Shown one piece after another: positions 23,301 to 32,300 of a DNA stretch of 64,000 bases. The translations under genes were made by a program, and so were the position numbers. Numbering within the stretch: the stretch's first letter is position 1; each line of letters begins with the position of its first letter. This stretch comes from Octopus sinensis (taxonomy: Eukaryota): contig NC_043002.1 in NCBI RefSeq assembly GCF_006345805.1, positions 56,234,001 through 56,298,000 on the forward strand, in the 5' to 3' direction. A model generated the notes under the pieces. That model searched no databases. It was not told the origin of the DNA and was given only the letters and a program-made list of their open reading frames with translations.

Positions 23301-26300
23301 AATAATAATAATAATAATAAATAACATCGAAAAATACCTTAGGAATGAGAACTCAGGTTCCAAATTTCCCCAAGAGACCTGATAAAGGCTGGAGGGTATA
23401 TCAGCCAAAATGTTGTGTTAACAACAAACAAGATGAAGACAAATATCTGTCAAATGTAAATAATGTAAATAATGTACATAATTTCTCATCTCTTAAATAT
23501 AGAACTGAAAAAAAAAACTGTTTGGGTTTTCAATTTATCTTTTTCAGTCATTAGACTGTGGCCATGCTGGGGCAATGCATTCGCAAATTTTTAGTCAAAC
23601 GAATCAACCCCCGTACCTAATTTTTTAAAGCCTGGTACTTATTCCATCGGTCTCTTTTGCTGATCTGCTAAGTAATGAGAATGTAACCACAACACCACCA
23701 GTTGTCAAGTGGTGGTGGAGGACACACACACACATGCGCGATGAGCTTCTTTCAGTTTCCATCTGCCAAATCCACTCAGAGGGATTACTTTGATCAACTC
23801 AAGGCTCTAGCAGAAGAGACTTGCCTGAGGCGCTACACAGTGGGACTGAACTTGGAACCATGTTATTAGGAAGCCAACTTCATACCACACAGCCACGCCT
23901 ACGCTTGCGGAGAAAATCCAGGAACCACCAGTGAAATGTCCAGATATTTATACGTATCCCATGTGATATTAGTTGTGACATTGTTAAGTAGTTTTTGTGT
24001 TGTTCATTTTTGTTTCTAGGCCTCACCACCACCACCAATCAAATCATTTGATCTTTGGTTTCTGTATTTCCTCTACGAATAAATAAATGAATAACTAAAC
24101 ACAATCTTCTCAGAACACTTGACTAATTTGGTTCAAGTGTTTGTCCAGGATAGAGAATTGTGTTCCCTGGCCGGACTGACCCGGCTGTGGTGGTGTGGTG
24201 GTGGTGGCGGCAGCAGTGGCAAACGCTGGAGTGGTTTTAATAGTAGTATGAGAGTTAAGTGAAGGTGGTGGTGGTGGCGGTGGTGAGCGGCTGTTGTTCT
24301 AATAATATTAGGAGTGGTAGTGGTGGTAATGTGGTAGTGATAGTAGTGCTGGTGATGGTGGTAGCTGTTGTTGTATAGTATATATATGTATGTATGTATG
24401 TTTATGTATGTCATGTTTGTATACATGAATATACGTCATAGGTGCAAGTGTGGCCGTGTGGTAAGAAGTCTGCTTCCCAGCCACATAGATCTGAGGTTGA
24501 TTCATTCAAATAAAAATTGCTGAAGGTGGTGCCCCAGCATGGCCACAGTCCAATGACTGAAAAAGAAGATAAAAGTATATCTTAGTGTGTGTGTGAATTA
24601 GGGTCCCCTCCCACTCTCTGTTGTGTAGCTCATTAGCATAATTGGGGAACACATTAGTGGGTACACGGTGAGGGCATGGGAGGAGAGCCTTTAGTCCTGC
24701 TGCCACAGACAACTTGTCTGGTGCTGGTAGAATACAGTCCACCCCTCATTCAGTCCATGCTGTAAAAACTTGACCTCCAGAACAACAAAGATGGCCAGTT
24801 TCTGTTTGGTGTGTGTGTAAGATGATGAAGGATCATAAAACTAGTCTCAGTCCCGTGTGTAGGGAGAAAATGGATGTAAAACGAAGATGATGATGATGGT
24901 GGTGATTGTGTGTGTTTGTGTGTGTGTGTCTCTGGATGCGTGAGAAAACAAACCAATATTCGTTTATTGTTTTCACTTTTGTACAGCAATGAGTAAGATG
25001 TGACTCACTTTGCATCTTGAGAGTCACTTAGCAATGGATGACCAAATGAAACCGGTTTTTCCCACAAAAATCTCTGTTTGATACCAATTGCAGGAAATGA
25101 GATGACCGGTGTGATAATGTTCTATGGAAAAGTACTTGACATTTACAACAGAGCTGAAGCAATAACCACACATGGACACACGCACCACTCTGAAACCCAC
25201 TTTTCTCCAAATAATTTCACTAGTATTTTTCAGATATTAGTACATGGTTTCAAGCTCAGTGCCATTGCATGGCACCTTTCACAAGTGTACTGTAGCTGCA
25301 GGCTGACCAAAGCTTTGGGAGTGGATTTGGTAGATGGAAACTGAAAGAAGCCCATCACGTGTGTGTATTTGTGTCTCTTTGTCTTGATATCACATGATAG
25401 CTGTAAGCAACTGTCACTGTCATACAAGCAGCGTCCTTCATTTCCAATCTTCTGGCCATGGGGGAGATATCGGCTTGCTTGGAAACAGATGAAGGTTGGT
25501 GACAGGAAGAGCATCCAGCCATAAAAAATCTGCCTCAGTGAATCCTGTCTGAGCCATTCAAGCATGGAAAAGTGGATGAGAAAATACAATGATAGTGATG
25601 AATTATATTGCTTTATGTTCTTTGTTCAAATCCAGCACAAGTTAATTTCACCTTGGTGTTAGGAAGGGCATCCAGTCATAGAAACCATGCCAAATCAGAC
25701 TGGAATCTGGTGCAGCCCCTCAGCTTACTAGCCCTGGTCAAACAAGGGATGAACCTTAAGGCCAATAACCCTCTCTCCCAACCACAATCACCAAAGGCAA
25801 GCCACTGACGGCCACAAAAACAATAGCAATGAGAAGTAAATGACCAGGAAGTTTCTCCTCATAAAAATATGATTCTTCTTATAAGAATGGAAACCTCATG
25901 AGACCAGGCTGAAAATGATAAGAAACTTCTTCAACGAAAAAAAAAGGCAGAGAAAGACCCTACAATAAATATGCTTTTTTCTTAAAAAAATGCAATAAAA
26001 ATGTGCTGGTTGGAATAGAATTCCTGTGAAGAGAAGAAACTCTTTGCTAAGAGGAAAACTCATTTTTTTAAGGAGAGTCCACATCCTGTTAGAAGGGAGT
26101 AGCCTCTATTTTGAAGAAAATTAAAATCTATCTTTCACAAGGACAACAAACATCTCATAAACCACTTTTATGAAATACATCAGGATTTCCCAGATAAAGT
26201 GTGGCCCAGTGACCCAGTAATGAAATGAAATCACTTATTTAAAAACAGCAGTCATCATCATCGTTTTAATGTCCACTTTCCTATGGGTCGGATGGAATTT

Positions 26301-29300
26301 GTTGAAGCAGATTTTCTAAGGCGGTATGCCCTTCCTGGTGCCAACCCTCACTTATTTCTGAGTAATGGAAGATTGGAAACAAAGGACACTACTTGCATCA
26401 TGGTGCCACTTAGTACATGTCAAAGAAAGGAGATGGTGTCATACACACACACTGCAAATGTTCTTTCCATTTCTGTTTACCAAATCCACTCACAAGGCTT
26501 CGGTCAGCCCAGATAGCTAAAGTAGAAGACACTTCCCCAAGGAACCATGTGGTCAGCAAGAACAAGCTTCTTACCACACAGCCACACCTGAACTCAAATA
26601 TCAAACAAATAACAGCTCTGCATAGGATGTGGGCCCTCAAATCCCCACTACTGTAAGCTAAGAATGCCTCACATGAGATTCTGGAATTCCACAGATATGA
26701 ACAGGTAGTAGGGATGGGAGTGAATGTAATCAGCAATGTGAGGCACCTTCAACAACACAGGTAGACTTATCAGCTTTATGGTAATTTTTTGAAGGTATCG
26801 GCAATTCAAGCATGCTGGAGATAGGTCATTTTCGTCCTTGCTCCCTTAATGTAATTATATACATATGTATATTATTATTAATTTAATGTGTAAATTGCCT
26901 ATAAATTTTCATAGCATGTTGACTACCTGATAAAAATCATTAACATGAATTTTAGCCTTATTTTCTATTAGGAATTAATAAATGAATTAAAATAAAGTAA
27001 TCATTATTCTAGAAACTGGGATGGCTGGCATGATGAGAGTGGTTCCACTGCAGTCTGTTTATTCTGTGATTTCTCTTCAGCTGATGCAGATATTTTACTT
27101 CAACATATGAAGGTAAGTGCTCTCTTTTTATTTATTAACACCATTTCTTCACCTTTTCTTTTTTTGTGTGTGGTTCTTGTGTTCAGTCAATAGAATGTCG
27201 TACTGTCAGCCGAAAGGTATTGAGTCCTTCATCACACCATAACCCATCTGTATTCTTCACTCTCTCTCATATATTTACTGCAATATAACTAAGAATAACT
27301 CCTTTACTTTTCTTTCTTCCTTTTGGTTTTTTTTTCTGAAATGTTCATCATCATCATCACCCTGCACACTCTGTAAAGAATTTCCAAATATAGGAACCAT
27401 GCCAAAGCTGTCAGAAGAGCATGGTGTAGTTCTCTGGCTTTACCAGTTCTTATCAAACTGTCTAACCCATGCAAGACGAACATTCAGTGATGATGATGAT
27501 GATGCAACTGTGTGATTAAAAAGGTGCAAGAATTAATGCCAACCAGTTTTCACGGTGTACTGGGTGCTTTTTATTTTCTTTGAGGCCCCAGCACTAGTGT
27601 GATTGCCATATAGCTTATTAGGCTAAGATCCCTCTCAGCTGAGTGGTGCTACAGCAGAGAAGGAGGGGGGGCAGTTTTATGCTATGGGTTGAGGGGCTAA
27701 CATATGAGAGAAGGGGCCAAACTGAACAGGTTTCTTACTGTTTCTCAACACTTGGGGCGATCAAGAGGAGTAGAAGTGATACCTCATCATCGTCTAATAT
27801 CCATTTTCCATACCGGCATGGTTTGGATGGAGCTGGCAAGTCCAAGGGTCACACTAGGTTCCATTGTTTATTTTGGTATGGTTTCTACAGCTGAATGCCC
27901 TTCCTAATGCCAAACACTTTACAGAATGTACTGGGTGCTTTTTATGTGGCACCAATGCCATTTACATGGCACTGGTTTTAGGATGTTAATTCTGTTGTGG
28001 AGGGGGACAGGAAAATTAGTAGAATGGTTGAGTAGGTTTGCAAGTGTATGTGTGTGGGGTTGAGACAAGCATGGTATATGGGGAGTGAGAGATATGGGGG
28101 CAAGGAGCAATATAAAAAAAGTGTGAGGTACAACATTGGCGGAAGAATATGACAAGTGATGGGATCAGATCTCAGAATGTTGGGCTTCAAAGATAAGATA
28201 ACAACACGAAGGGAGCAAAGAGCCAATCCAAACCTTGCCGTCTTGGGAAAATGTTGATAATAAACAAAAGTTTTGTTGTTTGATAAAAGACCTGAAGGAA
28301 TCAACTGAGGAATCCATTCTCCTTGAATGACTGAGTTGGTGTGGATAGTTGGAAAGCTGGCATGTAAGAAAGAATTAAATGTCTAACCCATGCCAGCATG
28401 GACAACGGATGCTAAATGAAGATGATGATTTCATGTTTATCTTCTACTTAAAAGTGGATGTTGTGTTAGAACACAAAATCCTGTACTATTTACCCTGAGA
28501 GAACCTCTCGTATGGATTTATGGTGCATATAAGCACTCTTGTTCATATCATTGACGGATGACAACCATCTGCTATGAATACTAAGACTGCCAGATCATGT
28601 GATTTTGCCCTTCATTATCCGGCGGTTTTGGCAACCATAGCAGTGGTTGTAGCAGATGGTCATCGTCTGTCAATGATATAAACAACAGTGCTTTTGTGCA
28701 ACCCAAGTCCATCTGAGAGGTTCTCTCTCCTGGTAAATACACACAATATCTCCACTTTTAAAAGAGGGAGATAAAGATTACCTTTTGGCATTAACCCTCC
28801 TTCTGTCGCTATTAATTATCAATAAGTCCAGTGGCTATTTGCAATGCCAGTGCCTGAACAGACACTGAGATTCCATGTCTATCACCACTATCTCTAGCTT
28901 TAGGTGTCTACCATTGACAAGGCCAAGGAAGGCTGAAATCACATGACCAGCTAGTTCCAGCAGTGGCAATGGCAGATGATTATCTCCTGCCAGCTCTATG
29001 AACATGAGTGCTTATATGCACCAAAGACCAAGATGAGGGATTCTCTCTCTCATGGTAACCTATCATAGTATTGATCGTAACACAACACCCCACCCCTTTA
29101 AATGAGGATAAATATTACTTTTTTATGTTCATACTGCTTCTGTTGCTATTATTTAATTTTTTAAATGCTGTAAAATGTAGAAAAGCAGTAAATGAGTAGA
29201 TTCAGAGCCATTACCAAATTAAATCCCAATTAATCCACCATTGGAAAAAAAAAAGTCATCCCTACCAATCTGCTGAGAATGGCACACCTTGGGCAAGTGT

Positions 29301-32300
29301 CTTCTGCTGTAGCCTCAGGCAAACCAAAACCTTGAGTGGATTTGGTGGACAGAAACTGGAAGAAACCTATCATGTGTGTGTGTCTGCCCCCCCCCCTCCA
29401 CCTACAATCGCTTGACAACTGATGTCGGTGTTTTTACCTCCCTGTAACTTAGTGGTTCAGCAAAAAGACTGATAGAATAAGTACTAGGCTTACAAAGAAT
29501 AAGTTCTGGGGTTGATTTGTTCGACTGAAGGCAGTGCTCCAGCATGGCCGCAGTCAAATGACCAAAACAAGTAAAAGAACAAAAAAGAATTCCTTCATGG
29601 CGTTTGTTTTGTGGGTTTCTTTTTCTTTTCAATCAAATTATTTTGTTTTCTATTCCAAAGAGTGAATTTGTCTTTTCTTGTAGGACAGCCATGGTTTAGA
29701 TTTGAATTTGTTAAAGAAAGAACATAATTTAGATTTTTATCAACAAGTGAAATTAATCAACTACATCCGACGACAGGTAAGCAATCATTTATTATAATTC
29801 AAGAGAGAGGATCTTTTTAGCAAAATAATAGATCCAACAGCTTCAGTTTAGTTATGAGCAGGGTTGTGGAGTCAGAGTCGGAGTTGATAAAATAGACCAC
29901 AATCACTTAATTACATAGAGGACTTGAAGTCAGAGGTGTCAATAGTAGAGGAGTCGGAGTCTTTTTGTTTCAACAACTCCACAGCCCTGATTATGAGAAT
30001 AATGTCCATTTAATTGAGATCTGTTTGTTCTTTTCTCTCCTTGCCTGCTCTCTCTGTTGAAGAGCATATGCTTGAAGCAGAAAGGACTTTCCTTCTATTT
30101 TAATTGAGCGCAAACCTGATACACCATCTTTTCTTTTTTTTACTTCATCTTTGTTTTATATTCAATACACATACACACATACAAGGTCTGTTCAAAAAGA
30201 CAAGTGTTGCTGTGGTAACAGGGCTGAAGTATGCAGAGTGAAGCCACTTGGCACAGAAAGACCTTGACCTCTGTCAGGCATGCACACTAAGTCGTAATGT
30301 TCTCACTCCTGCTGTTTATAGCAGTTCTGCAAAGTGTGTCGAGCGTGATCATCTCACCATGCCACAGAGATTCCATCAATGACCACAGCAGAGAAAGTGT
30401 GTGTGTGCGTGCACTGAAAGAGACAGGGCTTGAAGGTTATTATGGCCAAGAATCTTTCCAAAAATCAGATCCCACTTGAAAGAAATTTCAAGACATCAAG
30501 GAAATCCAAATGCAAGTGTTCCAGGAATGCTTCCATTAATGGAAACAATGCTGTATAAAGTGTGTGGCTTCAGAAGGGGGCCACTTCGAAGGAGATTAAA
30601 TGCCAGGTTGATATGGGTTGTAGTTTTGTTTTTATGACACCAGTCTCCCAAATACTTTTTCATCAGACCTTGTATACACAATGTTAAAACAACATTGCCT
30701 CTTAGAGGCACAGCTGTGATTCTGTGAGAAGTTTGTTTCCCAACCTCATGGTTCTGAGTTCAGTCCCATTGTGTGATCTTTTGGGCAAGTGGTGTCTTCT
30801 ACTTTAGCTCTGGGCCAAAACTTTTTCAGTGCATTTCGTAAACGGAAACTGAAAGAAGCCAGTTTTTTTTTTTGTGTGTGTGTTTTACTGTCTCTTTGTC
30901 TTGGCAGCATATGATGGTTGTAAATGAGTGTCACTGCCACGCACGTGGTGTCCTTTGTTTCCAATCTTCTGTGAAAACATGTCCAGCCACTCGAAAATCT
31001 GATACCCTGGTGACAGGTGAGGATTGGCAACAGGAAGGTCATATGAAACCTGCTTTAATTAAATTCCATCGAATCCATGTAAGCATGGGGGAAAAAAGTA
31101 GACATTAAAACAAAGATGATGTTTAATGAATAAAATATAAGGTATTAAAAAAGAAATAAGTGATACAAACTGTAAACAAAATTGCAGGCCTTGTGTCAGA
31201 ATTAGAAAGTTTGCATCATAGATACTATGGAAAACCTCAGGGGAATTAAGATAAAAAAGGTTAAAGATTTGGTTGCTATTTCTAGTGTTTTGGGAAGCTT
31301 ACAGATCAGAGGTTCTCAATAGGGATCCAGATAAGATTTTGCTGTTAAAAATTTGTGTGCAATAACTCCCAAAATATGCAAAGTTAAAATTTTCTTTTAT
31401 ATACATTTCCTTATAATATTGAATTCTAAAAATATAATAGGATTTTTTTAAACCTTAAATGACTATGAGGTTTCACCAGAATGAGTATCAAAGGGTTCCA
31501 TAGGTGAAAAACAGTTGAGGACCATAGAGGTTCCCTTTGTTAGTGGTATTTTCAAAATAATTCTGTAGAATTAATTTTTCTTGTTGTTGCCAGGTCCATT
31601 TGCTCAAGTGCATCAGTTGTGATAAACAATTTGAAAGTAAAGATGTGTTAATGCTACACCTACATTCAAGTGGACACAGCCAACAAATACCCAAGTCCAA
31701 CATGTGGATGCAACCACAGTGAGTAGAAAAGACACCAAAAACCTTTACATTTCTCATACAACTTACTCTGAGAATTAAATTCATTTACTCTATTTGATGG
31801 CATCAAAGACACACAGACATACCAGATGTACCCCAATTTCGGCCAAAATGTTTTGTGATTGAATTAACCCATTTGGTATTTAAACCAGCCTTATCTAGCC
31901 CAAATATTGTATCTGTTTTCAGCCTTTCATACCTATCCTGGGATGTCGTTATAAAAATAGACAATCACATCATTGAAATCTTTAATGTTTAATTAATTGA
32001 AAACAAATTGAATAAATAAGTATTGCATTTGAGAACAATTTGAATGCTAAAGGGTTAAAGCATGTAACATTGGCCCAACTTTGCAACAGAGAACATCGGG
32101 AGATATTTTGGAGCCATTATTTTTGTACAAATTTTTTTTTAAATGCCATCAAATAGTGTATGAAATTAAATTAAATTTTCCTTTTGTTTGTGTTGATGCT
32201 TCTAAGTTTCAAGACAATTTCAAGTTAACATATTCTTATTTCATATTTAATTGCTGGCATGGAAACAGTATTTCATTTTGGAACATAGGACACCTACCCC

